Shown here in pieces: positions 1 through 13,000 of a stretch of DNA of 64,000 nt. The notes under the pieces were generated by a model. That model was not told the origin of the DNA, ran no database searches, and was given only the letters and a program-made list of their open reading frames with translations. The DNA lies in the NCBI GenBank assembly GCA_943704415.1, contig CALSCO010001760.1, positions 1 to 64,000 of the forward strand. The letters run 5' to 3'. Each line of letters begins with the position of its first letter. Positions within the stretch are counted from its first letter, which is position 1. A program made the translations under genes and the position numbers. The stretch comes from Parvularia atlantis. Taxonomy: Eukaryota.

Positions 1-24
1 CCGCCCCCCCCCTCGCCAGCCACG

Positions 25-2120
25 ATGCCGCCGCAGCCGCCGCAGCACAACGAGAGCGCCGAGCTCGGCGTGGGCGAGCTGTCCCTGCCGGTGCTGGTGC
101 GCCCCCCTCCCCCCTCTACACCTGCGCCTTCACTCACTCGCGTCCAGCGGGTGAACGCCGCCGCCGCCGCCGCCGCCGCCGCCAAGCACGCGGCCGAAGG
201 CGACGCGCCGTGGCGCCGCGTATTCACGATGAAGGAGGTCGCGGCGCACAACACGGCGGCCGACTGCTGGCTCGTCGTCGACGGCAAGGTGCGCGTCGTA
301 GGCCCGGTCCGCCTGTCGCTCACGCCACCAGCAAGGTCTACGACGTGACCAAGTTCGTCAACCACCACCCGGGCGGGCAGGTGATCACGACCTGGGCCGG
401 CCGCGATGCCACCGACCCGTTCTACGCCTTCCACGAGGTACGTGCTGCTGATCGCACGCGCACACAAGCGCGCTCACGGCCGCGCGCGCAGAAATGGATC
501 CGCACGCGCATCGCGCGCTACTACATCGGCGACGTCGAGCCGTACGAGCTCTCGCCCGTCAACCGCGACTTTCGCCAGCTGTTCCGCGAGGTCTGTGCTC
601 GCACGCGATGCGCACACAATGCGGCCGAGTGACACAAACACGCACAGGTCGAGGACTCGGATCTCATGAAGACCGACCCGTGGTTCTACGTCGGCAAGGT
701 CGCCGTCGTGCTCGCGCTGTTTGCGCTCGCGTGGTACCTCGCGCTCGCGTTCGACGACTTCTACGTGGTGCGCAATGCGGGCACACGGCCGGTGCGTCCG
801 CTCAAGCTCGCGGCAGCACATGCTCTCGGCCGTTGTGCTGTTCTGGTTCTGGCACCAGTGCTCGTTCATTGGCCACGACGGCCTGCACAACGTGTACGTG
901 TGGCCTACCGCGCGCTCCGCGCTGGCTCTGAGCGCGCGCCGTCGCCGCCAGCGTGTTCCGCTCGCAAAAGCCCGCGCACCTGTTCTCGCTCTTGTTCTCC
1001 AATCTCGGCAACGGTATTTCGGCCGCGTGGTGGAAGTACACGCACAACCAGCACCACATGGTCCCGAACGAGTACGAGCGCGACCCGGACATCATGCACC
1101 TGCCCATCTTTGCCATGACCAGCCGCGGTGCGCCTCGCGATCGCCGCTTGGCGCAGCGCATGCTCACGCACCGTGCAGCCCTCGCCAAGGTCGGCCTGAG
1201 CTGGGTGGAGAAGGCGCTGCTCGCGCACCAGCACCTGACCTTCATCCCGATCATGGCCGTCGCGCGCGTCAACCTCTACTTCCAGACGTTCTACCTGCTC
1301 TTCTTCCGCAAGGTGCTCTCGCGTGCTGCCGCGCGGTCGGACGCCGCGCTTGACGCGCACACGCGCGCTCACCAGGTCGAGAAGATGCCGTGGCAAAAGT
1401 GGAACCTGGGCGAGCCGCTGTACCGCGCCGAGGTTGCCGCGACGCTCGTGTTCTGGGCGTGGTATTTGGCACTGCTGTTCATGCTGCCGCCGGGCCACCG
1501 GCTGATGTACTTTGTGCGTGCGGCCTGCACAGCGCGCGCGCGCGTATGGGCGGGGCTGACGCGGCCCGTCGCAGTGCGTGTCCAACATGCTCATGGGCTT
1601 GCTGCACCTGCAGATCTCGCTCAACCACTGGGCCATGGACAAATTCCAGAAGGACGAGAACTACGACGAGCTGCTCGAGTTTTCGCGCACGCAGCTGATC
1701 ACCTCGCGGTGCGCGCCTTGGCCCGCGCCGCGAACGCCGGCGGGTGCCTGACCAGGCGCGCCACCAGCAACATCGAGGCCAACTGGATGAACCACTGGTT
1801 CTACGGCGGCCTCGAGTTCCAGGTCGAGCACCACCTCTTCCCGCGCATGCCGCGGTGCGCGCCGCGCGTGCACGACGCCGCTGCGCCCGCTCACGGCCGC
1901 CGACGCGCGTCGACAAGCAGGCACAGCTTCTCCAAGGTTAAGCCGCTCGTGATGGCCTTTGCCAAGCGCCACGGCATCCCGTACTCGTCGGTCGGCTTCT
2001 GGTGCGCGCGCCGCTGGGCGCCGTGCTGCGCCGGACCGCCGCTCACGACCTCATACCCCCAGGCACGCTCTGCATGACGTCCTTGCAAACTTTGCCGAGG
2101 TCGCGCACCACGTCTGGTGA
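25..2120 (+). CDS. Cytochrome b5-fused front-end fatty acid/sphingolipid desaturase (multi-exon)
   Basis: Spliced reading gives the cytb5 motif HPGG, His boxes HDGLH and HNQHH, and QVEHH; ends [20 protein letters not shown] with TGA at 2118-2120. Confidence 0.92.
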
Positions 2121-2161
2121 CCCTACATTTTACACTGGAGATTATATCACGCCGGCCGCGT

Positions 2162-3147
2162 TTAAGCCTTGCGGAAGAGAAAAGAGTGAATCGGCTGCTG
2201 CTGCAGCCCCCGCGCGCCACACACGCACAGTGAGCCGGCTGCGGCGCACGCGCGCGCCGCACGCACCTTGTTGTCGATCGGCGACGCCGCGTCGCCGCCA
2301 AACGCCGCGGCCAGCTGCCACCCGTTCTGCGACATCACGTTGAGCACCTCGCTCGGCGAGGCGAACCGGTCGCAGAACCTGCCGCGGGCGTGAGGCATTG
2401 CGGCGCAAGTACGGCGTCCGCGCACCACCCGCGCTCGTCCTGGAACTTCTTAGCGCCCGTCGTACCCAGCTCGGCCAGGATGTGCGGCTGCACCTCGCCG
2501 GCGACGCGCACGCCGCGCACGACAAAGACCTCGACGGTGGCGTAGCGCACGCCCTTGGCGCCCTGCGCGTTCGAGTTAGTCGCGTGCGTGCCAGTGCGCG
2601 CACATGGCAGGCCGCGTGCCTGTCGCCCGTCGCCCTGGCTCGACACGAGCGCCTTGAGGCTGTCGAGCCATCTGCGCCGGTGTGTCAGCCAGTGTCACCA
2701 TCGTGCTCGCCGCACGCACGTCTGCCACTCCTTCTCGTCGTCCGACGCGAAGACCTCGGTCGCGTGGCGCGTGGCGAGCTCGAGGACGTGCAGCTTGGTG
2801 GCGCGGGTGAGCGTGCCGGCGGGGCGCACGACGGCGTTGACGGCCGTGATGTCCTCGCCGTGCACCGTCAGCACGGGCTCGCGCGTCTCCCCGACCTTGT
2901 CGTCCTGCGCGGCGCCGTCGCGCGTTTGTTGTCGTTGTTGTCGCCGCGCGCCCTCGCCCGCACCTTGTGCACAAACAGCGTGTTGTCCTGCAGCACGCAC
3001 CATCTGCGCGCGCGCACGAACACGGTCAGCGCACACGGCCCGGTCGCGCCCGCCGCCTCGCCACGTCACACGCCACCGCTTGCGGAACGAGCGCCCGACG
3101 ACCCCGGGCTCCTCGCGCTGCAGCCAGCCGGCCCTCTCTGCCGCCAT
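2162..3147 (-). CDS. PH-domain protein with small C-terminal domain
   Basis: [32 protein letters not shown]...[12 protein letters not shown] matches the PH pattern after splicing; C-terminus [11 protein letters not shown]...HSFLFRKA*. Confidence 0.7.
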
Positions 3148-3177
3148 CGGGATGCGCGGTCCGCAGACAGGGCCGAA

Positions 3178-4099
3178 ATGTCACGTGTGCGGCCGCTCGT
3201 CCTCCTCGCGGGGCCCGTCTTCCCCGCCCGCGCGCTGGGCCTGCCGCGCCTCGCGCCGCGCGCGCTCGACCCGCCGTGGCGCGGGGACCTCGATGCGACG
3301 CTGCGAGGCGCGCCGCACGCCGCTGCGTCACGACGCCTGACCGCGCAGTCGCACAGCGATGGCCCGCACGCTCAGCGACGCCGTCCCGCCCGTGCTCGTC
3401 GCACACGGCGCCGGTGCGCTGCTCGCGCAAAAGTACATCGAGTCGCACGCGGTCAGGTGCCGTGCGTGTGCGCGCGCCCCCGTGCGTGGCTCACGCGCCC
3501 GTGCTGCAGCGCCATCGTCTTCCTCAACCCATGGACCGTCGACACCGTCGGGCGCGTGCGCCGCGACTGGGCCGCGCGCTACCCACTCGGCTGGCACAAC
3601 GCGCGGGCCGCGGGGCGCCTCGCGGCGATGCGCACGGACGCCGGTGCCGTGGGGCTCGGCTGCAGTGCGCTCGCGCTGACCTGGTACGCAGCGTTTGTGC
3701 AGGACGTCGTGCAGCCCGAGCCGGGCGTCGTGCTGCCCGCGGACGACGACGCGGCGGACGCGCTGCCGGACGCGGTGCGTGGTCGTGCGCACACGCGCGC
3801 GCCGCCGACGCTGCTCACCAACCGCACAGGTGCTCGACGCGATCGTGCGCGATCCGCCGCGCTTCGACCGCGACACGCGCCTGCCCGTGATCGTCGCGTG
3901 CTGCCCGGAGGACCCCGTCGTGACCGTGGACGACGTCGCGCAGACCATGGTCGCGTACGAGGAGGACGCGGCCGACGAGGAGCTGCACACCGCAGCCAAG
4001 GCCCTGCCGGGCGGGCACTGGCCGATGCTGGGCGGCGCCGAGACGCGCGCGGCGCTCGAGGACGTGATCGAGCGGTGGCTGCACGCGCGAGGGTTGTAA
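3178..4099 (+). CDS. Alpha/beta-hydrolase fold protein, nucleophile apparently replaced
   Basis: [28 protein letters not shown] elbow region, CCPEDPVV (acid), GGHWPML (His); 3-4 introns. Confidence 0.65.
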
Positions 4100-4455
4100 T
4101 CTTGCTCAGGAGCTGCCGCGCGCTGAACAAAGAAAAAAGAAACAAGAGGCCTTCCTTCTCCCCGGCGGGCTTCGCGGGCGCGTCATGCTCCGAGAAGGCC
4201 GTCATCAACCGGAAATGGCAGCGTGATATACGGCCTCTTTCGTGTTGTCAGGTGCGGCCGCGACCCCACGAACCGCGCCCTCGCGCCCTCGCATCCCCCC
4301 GCCCGCCTACCTCGCGCCACGCGCTATGTGCGCACTGGCACGGACGGATGGATGGGTGGATGGATGGATGCACACGCCCCGTGCCCGCTGGCGACAGCGC
4401 ACAGCGCATAGCGTATCGCGCCTCACGCACTTGCGCGAATTCCAGCCCGCCAGCG

Positions 4456-4994
4456 ATGAAGTTCAACAAGGACGTGAGCTCGTCGCGCCGCAAGTCGCGC
4501 AAGGCGCACTTCACCGCGCCGTCGAGCGTGCGGCGCGTGATCATGAGCGCGCCGCTGTCGAAGGAGCTGAGGGAAAAGTACAACGTGCGTCGCGCACCGT
4601 CAGCCGTGCCTCGCCATCACACGGCCTCACCCTGTGCACGCGCGGCAGGTCCGCTCGCTCCCCGTGCGCAAGGACGACGAGGTGCAGATCGTGCGCGGCA
4701 GCAACAAGGGCAAGGACGGCAAGGTCGTGGCCGTCTACCGCAAGAAGTGGGTGCTGCACATCGACCGGGTCGTGCGCGAGAAGGCCAACGGTGCGCGCCG
4801 TCGGTCGTGCGTGTGAGGTGCTGACGCCCGCCCGCGCCACAGGCCAGTCGGTGCAGATCGGCATCCCCGCGTCCAAGGTGGTCATCACCAAGCCCAAGCT
4901 CGACAAGGACCGCCTCGCGACGCTCGCGCGCAAGAACCGCACCAAGCTCGAGAAGAAGATCAGCGAGGCCGACGTGGCCGCGAGCGCGCAGTAA
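4456..4994 (+). CDS. RPL26: 60S ribosomal protein L26 (uL24)
   Basis: [55 protein letters not shown]...; 2 introns. Confidence 0.98.
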
Positions 4995-5159
4995 GCGGGC
5001 GCAGCGCGGTGTGTGTCGTGTCTCTCGCCGGCTCTGGGGGACGGTCTGTGGGTCGAAAACGCAACACAAGCTTAAGGGGACGGGAGATATGTGGTGGGCA
5101 GCCGGGCCAGCCGAGCCAGCCGAGCCAGCCGAGCCCGCCGAGCCAGTCGGCGACCGGCC

Positions 5160-8049
5160 TCAGGCCTGGACGTACGTGCTGCGGGGCGTGCGGGCGCATC
5201 TGTCAGCATCGCCCGATGTTGCATCGGCGCGCACCTCGGCACGTAGCCCTCGCGGCCCTGAAACTTGCAAAAGTACCATTCGCCCTCCTGCCGCACGACC
5301 ACGAGCACGTCGCCCTGCTTGACCGACAGCTCCTCGTCGTTGCCGGCGCGGTAGTCGTAGAGCACCTTGATCGTGTTTGGCTGGGCACGCGCGCGCGCGC
5401 GCGCGTTCAGCTTCGATCGGCCGCGACGCCCTCAACGCACCTTGGGCGCGCTCTTGGGCGCGGGGCGCGGCGGCGGCGGCGTCTTGCTGCCCGGGGCCGC
5501 TGCGGTGGCGGCGGTGGTGGCGGCGGCAGGCGTGCTCACGTGCACGGGCACGTGTGCGGGCGCGGCCGGCGCGGGCATCGGCGACGACACGAGGCTGCTG
5601 CTCGCCGCGACGCTCGCCTGTTCGCGCGCCCGTCAGCACCGCCTTCCGCGCACGTACGCACGCGCACACGCACCTCCGAGTACGTGCTCTGCAGCGGCAC
5701 GTCGTTGCTCTTGCCGGCGCTGCTGCGGCCGAGCGACGGCATCGCGACCGCGCCGATGATCGGGTAGTCGCCTGCCGCGTCCGTGCGCGTCAGCAAGAGC
5801 AACACAGCAGCATGTGCGCACCGTTCCGGCGCTTGTACCAGACGCAGTAGAGGATGATGAGCACGATCAAGAGCACGACAAGGATCGGGATGATGATCGC
5901 GGCAATTGTGCTGCCCGGCGTGGTCTGCTCGCTTGGCGGGCCGTCGCCGCACGCGAAGCAGTAGCCGATGCCAAACGCGCCACCCGGGTTGCTGCCCTGG
6001 ACCATGCACGCGTTGTTGTTGAGCGTACAGTACGCCGTCCACCTGCGGCGACCACCGTTGCATCAGCCAGCCCGTCCACGCCATTGCGTGCCGCGCGCAC
6101 AGCGGGTCGTCCTGGTAGTTGGTCCACGCCACGCGCAGCTGGTAGCCGGTGTCGGCCACGGGCGTCGTCTTGTTGATGTTCCAGGCGTACTGACGCGCCG
6201 CGCGGAGCGTTAGCACCACACGCCGGCAGCGCCAGGCGCCTCGCGCGCACCGCGCCCGTGTTGACAACGCCGCTCGCGATCGCCTGCGGGTCAAACTGGT
6301 CGCTCAGCAGCGTCAGCGACACCTGGCTCATGAAGCCCGTGAACGCCTGCGCGCGCGCGCTCAGCGGCCACCGGCGCGGGCACGTCAGCACCAAAGACGC
6401 ACCCAGGTCACAAACTGGCCTGTGCCGCGCTGGTACGACGTGCGCCGGCCGCCGGTGGGCGCCGTCACGGTGATGGACGGGCGCGGCGCGGCCTGCACCA
6501 CGGCCGAGAAGCCGGCGGCGTTCTGGCGCACGGTCGCGGGCAGTGCGTTGCCGGATCTGTGCAGGGCGGCGGCGTGAGCAGTGGCACCGTCGCCTCGCCG
6601 CACGTCCGCGCGCGCACTGCATGAGGATGTACAGCGTCGACGACAGCACGGCGATGGGCTGGTTGAGCTGTCCCGCGGCCGACGCACACCCGCTGCGCCC
6701 CCGCGTCGTGTTGAGCAGGGGCCGCGGCGGCCCAGGCGGTCTCACGCACATGAAGCGGATCGTGCCCGTGCTTGAGCCGTCGCGCACGACGACGTAGTCG
6801 GGCGAGTTGACCGAACACGGGCCGGACTGGACCGTGCCCATGGCGAACGAGCGGAAGGTGACGGTCAGGAATAGCGCGGTGTTCGCGTTGACCGTCCAGG
6901 CGCAGCGCTGCGGGCGCGGTCATGCTCTCTGCACGAACCGCAAATGTGGCGGGCGCACCTGGTTGGCGACGTAGTTGTTCCCGCCCGTGTCGGACCGCAC
7001 GGTAAAGTTGGTCAGCGCCGTAGCCGACTGTGCCGTGAGCGTGGTCGAGGGTTGGCACGACGTCGAGTACTGCACCGAGAAGAACTGCGTCGTGCTGAGC
7101 GGCGGCAGCAGGCTCGCGGCGTAGGCCATGCGGCGGCGGTCGGCGTTGTGGTCGGTCGAGTCGTCGTACGCCCACCCCTCGCTCGTCACGGCCCAGCGGC
7201 GCCGCCCGATGGGCGTCGGCGTCGGCGTGGGCGCGTCGGTGTCGGTCGACGTGTGCGTGGCCGAGCGGGTAAAGGACGCCGTGGCCGAGCGGGTGAAGGA
7301 CGCCGTGGCCGAGCGGGTGAAGGACGCCGTGGCCGAGCGCGTGGCCGAGGCCGTGGCCGAGCGGGTGAACGAGGCCGTATAGGACGCGGTGGCCGAGGCG
7401 GTGTCGGACGCGTCCGCGGTCTGCGTGGCCGATGCGGTGGCCGACGCGGTGGGCGAGGCAGTGTACGACATGGTGTCGGTCCGGGTGAAGGACGCGGTGG
7501 GCGAGGCGGTGGCCGAGCGTGTGAATGAGGCCGTGGCCGACTGGGTGAAGGACGCGGTGGGCGAGGGCGTGAAGACGGGCGGGATTGGCCCGTCGCCGTA
7601 GAGGTTGATGCGGCACAGATCGGTGCCCGCGAGCGCGCCCGCGACGGTCCAGGTGAAGACGCCCTGGTTGGGCACGGTGCCGAGCAACGTCGTGCTGAAG
7701 ATGTAGAACAGCTGCAGTGTCGCGTCGAACGCCCACCGCTCCAGCACGACCTGCACCGTCGGGTGGTCGACCGTGTCGTTGGCCGGCGCCGACGTCCACG
7801 TGATGTTGACCGTCGCGTCCGCGCGCACGTTGCCCGTTGGCGTCGTCAGCGTGTAGTTGCCCTGGCCTGCCGCTGCGGCCGCCGTGTTATTTTCGTGGTG
7901 TTATTGTTGCAGGCCACCGCCTCACACAACGCACCGTGCGCGACGCCCGCCAGCACCGCCGTCACCACCAGCACGGCGCACGCGGCCCGTGCGAGTCCGT
8001 GCAGCGCCAGCGGCCGCGACGCCGGCCGCGAGACGGGCGCGGGAGGCAT
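5160..8049 (-). CDS. Type I membrane protein: signal peptide, Ser/Thr mucin-like repeats, CUB-like domain, TM helix, Pro-rich linker, C-terminal SH3
   Basis: Hydrophobic N-terminus; (TASFTRSA)n; WTVNA..LTVTFRSF..C..DYVVVRDG..GFSA (CUB-like); TM IAAIIIPILVVLLIVLIILYCVWYKRR; SH3 VLYDYRAGNDEELSVKQGD..EWYFCKFQGREGYVP.TYV. Confidence 0.8.
7251..7575 (-). repeat. 24-nt coding tandem repeat encoding TASFTRSA-like octapeptides
   Basis: Recurrent GTGGCCGAGCGGGTGAAGGACGCC units on the + strand. Confidence 0.9.
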
Positions 8050-8092
8050 CAGAGGAGGGCGCCGCGCAACTTTCGAACTGTGACACGCGGCC

Positions 8093-9629
8093 ATGTTCAC
8101 ACGTGGGTCGCTCCTCGTTGGACGCGCAACGGCGACGGCCGGGCTGCTGCGCCGCGCGGCGGCCGTGCGGCTGCTGAGCGGCGGGCCGGGCGCGAATGGC
8201 GGCGGCGGCGGGCAAGGCGGCGGCGGCGGCGGCAACAGCGCGGCGATGCACGCGCGGCAGGACGCGGTGCGCGCGCGGCAGGTGTCGATCGCGGACGCGC
8301 AAGGATGACCGGCGCGTGCGAGGCAGGGAGGACGCGCGCTGCGGAAGGCCAAGCCGCGCAGGCCCACGGCGCCCGTTGCCGGCGGCGTCGCTGTCACCGT
8401 CAGCGAGAGCGGCGCGGCGGCGTCGCGGCGCGTGCCGGCCGTGGTCGAGTCAGACGACGAGGCTGTACGTTGTCACGCCGTCGCGTGCCCGTGGTCATCG
8501 CCGTGATACCGCAGACGCGTGCCGAGCGGTGCAGCGCCGTGTGCGCGGCCGAGGGCTTTGACCTCGTTTGGTTACGACGCGAGCTCGACCCGTCGTTCTA
8601 TCACGACAAGCGGCTCTTTGCCGATCAGGTGCTGCGCCGCCCGCCGCGTGTCGCCTCGCGCCCGGCCTCACACGCGCGTGCAGGCGCTGTACTCGCCCAT
8701 CCCCGACGGCGGGCACGTCTTCTTCTTCCGCGACGGCTCGCTCGTCTGCTGGCGCGGCACTGACGCGCAGATCGAGCGCTGCCTGTTCGACAGCAAGGCC
8801 GCGCAGATCCACCCGTACCCGGAGGAGCTGCAGGAGACGGAGGAGATGAACTTTTACGACAGCGTGCAGGGGTGCGTGCCCGCGACAGCGCGCCGTGCGT
8901 GAGCTGACGCGGGGCGCAACCGCAGCTCGTCGCGGCACCGCGAGCCCGGCATCATCGGCGAGGTCATCCTCGTCAGCCAAGGCGACCCGGACGAGGTCGT
9001 GCGTGAGCGCCTGGCCTTCTCCAACGGTCTGGCCGTGTCGGCCAAGCTGGCGGTGCTGGAGGAGCAGCTGGACCAGTACCTGGCGGGCAACCGGCACATC
9101 CCGAGCATCATGCAGGTGCGCCGTCTGCTGACCCGGCTCGGCGCGCACGGCTCACGCGCTGCGTGTGTGCAGAAGGGCGGCAAGCTGCCCCTGTCGCGTA
9201 AGGAAGTCTTCATGCAGATCGGCGAGCTGCTCGACTTTCGCGGCAAGCTCAACCTGCACTCGACGGTGCGCGCGCAGCGAGGCGTGCTGCGGCCGCTGAT
9301 GCCCGGCCGCAGTTGCTCGACACGCCCGACTTTTACTGGAGCGAGCCCAAGCTGGAGGAGCTGTACCGGCTGACGGCGCGCACCTTGGATGTGCCGCACC
9401 GCATCTCGATCCTCAACAAGAAGCTCGACTACGCCAACGAGCTCGTGGAGGTGCTGCGCAACCACCTGAGCGAGGGGCACTCGCTCAAGCTGGTGCGCGC
9501 GGGGCGGGGGTGGCTGCCGCCCGAACGGCTGTTGAACGCGCGTTGTAGGAGTGGATGATCATCGCGCTGATCGCGGTCGAGGTCGCCTTTGAGTTTGTGC
9601 ACTACGCCGACCGTCTCTTCATCACCTGA
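8093..9629 (+). CDS. RMND1: RMND1/Sif2-family DUF155 protein, probably mitochondrial
   Basis: VFFFRDGSLVCW, RLAFSNGLAVSAKL, LLDTPDFYWSEPKLEELY, RISILNKKLDYA, LEWMIIALIAVEV; Arg-rich presequence-like N-terminus. Confidence 0.9.
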
Positions 9630-9673
9630 GCGGCTGCCGCGCCCCGTTGTGCGTGCATTTCTGTAGCCGAGCC

Positions 9674-9996
9674 ATGGCAATGGACAGCAGAGCGCTGAGA
9701 CGCACGACGACCCGTACACCCCAGTTGCACCCTACGAGCGCTCTAGAAGCTTCCGCTTGCCTCTCGCCGCTCACGCCGCTCGCGTGCCGTGCCGTGCGCC
9801 TCACGCCGCGCGCGCCCCTCGCAGCGCGCACGCCGCCACCCGTCCGCCGCCACGCCGCCGTCCAAGACGCGTCACAAGGGCGGCGCCGGGCCGGCCGCGG
9901 CGGGCAAGGCGTCCGCGGCGCCGGCGCCACCCGCACGCGATGCCGCGCCGTCCGCCGCAGCAGCAGCGACGGCAGCGGGAGGGCAGCCGGCAACGA

Positions 9997-10030
<34 letters not shown>

Positions 10031-13000
10031 CGCAACGGGAGCGGCCGCAGCAGCAGCAGAACGCGGGACGGCGACGCACGCGACGCAGGCCGCGCTGACC
10101 CTCGCCGACACGTTCGAGCAGTGGCAGCAGCTGCTCGAGTGCCCGCGCTGCCACGACCTGTTCAACATCGTCCAGCCCAAGAACCTGCCGTGCGGCCACA
10201 CCTACTGCCGCGAGTGCCTCGTCGCGCTCGTCGTGACCGACGACACGCGCAGCACCATCACCTGCCCCGCCTGCGGCAAGGCGTTCATGGCGCGCCAGGC
10301 CACCGTCGACTCGCTCTCCACAAACTTCCTCGTCCAGCGCCTCGTCGCGTTCGACGTCAAGCTGCTTCTCGCCTTCCAGACCACCGCGCTGCACCGCCTC
10401 AGCGCCGTCCTCGAGGGCGTCGGCACGGGCAGCGCGACCGCGAGCGCGACCGCGAGCAGCACCTCGGCGACATCGGCGTCAACGCCGACATCGGCGTCAA
10501 CGCCGACATCGGCCACAGCGCACGCGACCGCCAAGCCAAAGGCGCCTGCACCGGCACCCGCACCGACACCGGCACCGGCACCGGCACCTGCGCGCGCCCC
10601 AGCACCACCACCGCCGCAGAGCAGCGCTGCCGTCGTCCCCGCGCAGCTGGCGCAGCCGGCGCAGCCGGCACAGCACGCCCAGCCCGCCAACCAGGCCGTG
10701 TACGACGCCGCGATTGCCGCCGGCCTCGAGGCGCTGCGCCAGATCACCTCCGGCCTGTCGATGCTCGCCGTCAATCCGGCGCCCGCGTCTGGCGCGCCGT
10801 TGCAGGCCAACACCGCGCCCGCGCCCGCGCCCGCGCCCAACTCGACCGTGCTCACGGCCGAGACCGCGAGGGCCCTGCTCGCCGCGGCCGACACGGCGCT
10901 CTCGGCTGACGTGAACGAGCTGCTCGCGACGATCACCAACGCGCCACCGGGCAGCTCGCCCATCGAGGTCCTCGCCGGCCTGTCGATGTCGTGGCGCGGC
11001 CCGGCCAGCGCCGACGTCGCGCGCATCACGCCGATCGACGACGACGAGCCCGACGAGCGCGAGATGCCGCGCCTGCGCCTGCAGGACATCGAAGCCGACG
11101 AGGAGGACGACCTGGACGAGGACGACCTCGACCTCGGCGGCGCGGCGGAGGAGGACGACCTGTACCGGTACGACGAACCCGCGACGCGGCGGCACCTGAT
11201 CGAGGGCCTCGAGCATGTCGAGGACGACGACGAGGACCGCGAGGACGGCGACGAGGACGACGAGGACGAGGACGGCGAGGACGGCGAGGACGAGGACGAC
11301 GAGGACGGCCTGGACGAGGACGAGGACGACGCCAAGGCCGCCGTCAAGGAGATCAACCGCTACCTGCGCGAGGCGCGCGACAACGACAACTTTGACCTCT
11401 TCGCCGCGCTGGAGCAGAACGGGCGCTACGGCGAGCGCGCCGCGACCGAGCCCAACGGCGTCGGCAAGTATCACGCGCACGGCCACGCGCACGCGCACGT
11501 GCACGGCCACAGCCACATCAACGGCAACGGCTCCCGCACGACCACGGGCACGAGCGCCAGCACGGGCACGGCCCCAGGCGCCGCGGCGGGCAGCGTGAGC
11601 CGGCAGAAGGTCGCCAACACGGTCGCGACGCAGCGCCAGCAGCTCCTCGCGTCTTCTGCGCCGACAACGTCGACGGCCGCGGTGACCAACGGCACGGAGC
11701 CCACCGGCAGCAGCGCGCAGGCAGAGACTGCGCCGGGGACGGGGACGGGCGAGGCCTCGACCGCCGCGCTGGACGCGCCCGCGCTGGCCCTGGCCATGAC
11801 GCTGCCCGGACTCAACCATGGGACGCCAGCGATGATGGTGGCGGAGGTGTGCCGGCTCGTGCGGCAGATCTGCGAGCGCCCGGCCGAGGCGCGCCCAGCC
11901 GACCTGGCCAATGCGGTCGTCTCGGTGCGCCTCCTGCTCGAGAGCCCCGACATCACCGGTCCGCGCGCACGCTTTGCCCGCGCTTGTGTCACGCTGCCGC
12001 TCATCGATCGCGCGCGTGCACAGAAAACACCCTGGCCAGCCTCGTGAGCGAGCCCGACGGCGTGCACGGCGTGCTCGTGCGCATGGTGCTCACGTCGGCG
12101 CTGGACGACGAGCTCGTGGCTGAGTGCCTGCACGTGCTCGGTCTGCTGTCGAGCCACGGTGCGCCCCGCGCCCGTGCAATCCCGCGAGCCTGACGCGTGC
12201 CGCATAGGTGACAACGACCAGCGCTTCGTCGCGGTGCCGTACGAGTGCCATAAGACCGTCGTGGCGGTGATGGCGGCCCGGCCGCACTCGATCAGCGTGC
12301 AGCGCGAGGCGTGCGTGCTCGTGGCCAACCTGACCTGCAGCGGTGCGGTCTGCTGAGCCAACGAGTCGGTCCTCTGACGCGCGCTGCGGGCGACAGTCGC
12401 GGCGCAAGCCCATCTCAGCCTGTTCACCGAGGGCCCTGTGAGCACCCACGAGCACATCCTGCGCGCCATGCGCACGCACGTCGAGGCCGTTGACGTGCAG
12501 CGCCACGGTTGTCGCGCCCTGTCCAACCTGGCGAGCAAGGGTGCGCCTGAGTGCCGTGTGCGCGCGGTACTGACACGGCGAACCCTAGGCGAGAACAAGC
12601 TGATGTTTGTACGTGAGCCGTATGAAGTGCACGTGCCAGTGCTGGCGGCGATGCGGCGCTTTGTCAACCATGCAGACGTGCAGCGGCGCGGCTGCAGCGT
12701 GATCGCAGCGCTATCAGTCAAGGGTGCGCCTGCGCAGCGCTCCGTGTCGCTCGTGCTGACGCTCGCCCTCCCACGGCCAGCCGAGAACGTGCCGATCCTG
12801 CTGTCGACGCGGCACATGGCGCACGAGGCCGTCCTGCAGGCGATGCAGCGCTTCCCGAACACATGTGCGCTGCAGCGTAGCGGCTGCCTGGCCATCACGA
12901 GCTGGACGACGACGCGTGCGTGGCTGCCAAGGCACTGGAGCGCGTGCGCGCGCGCCGCTCACCCTCGCGCGCAGTGGACCTGCGCAAGCTCCTGACCGAC

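Noticed and set aside
25..2120. Including the desaturase in the sterol cluster
   Set aside because: It lies ~25 kb away and is a front-end acyl desaturase, not an ERG3/ERG25-type enzyme.
2398..4824. 808-aa ORF and other long Arg/Ala-rich ORFs (e.g. 12959-15136 minus, 41695-43182 plus)
   Set aside because: Shadow frames produced by high GC. They overlap well-supported spliced genes and are mostly low-complexity.
5100..5146. GCCGAGCCA 9-bp tandem repeat
   Set aside because: Simple repeat in a 3' intergenic region with no spacers, so not CRISPR.
7251..7575. CRISPR-like periodicity
   Set aside because: In-frame 24-nt coding repeat in a eukaryotic gene; no cas genes.
8282..8326. Apparent in-frame stops suggesting an alternative genetic code or pseudogenes
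   Set aside because: The cases examined are removed by canonical short introns, and all three stop codons terminate genes normally.
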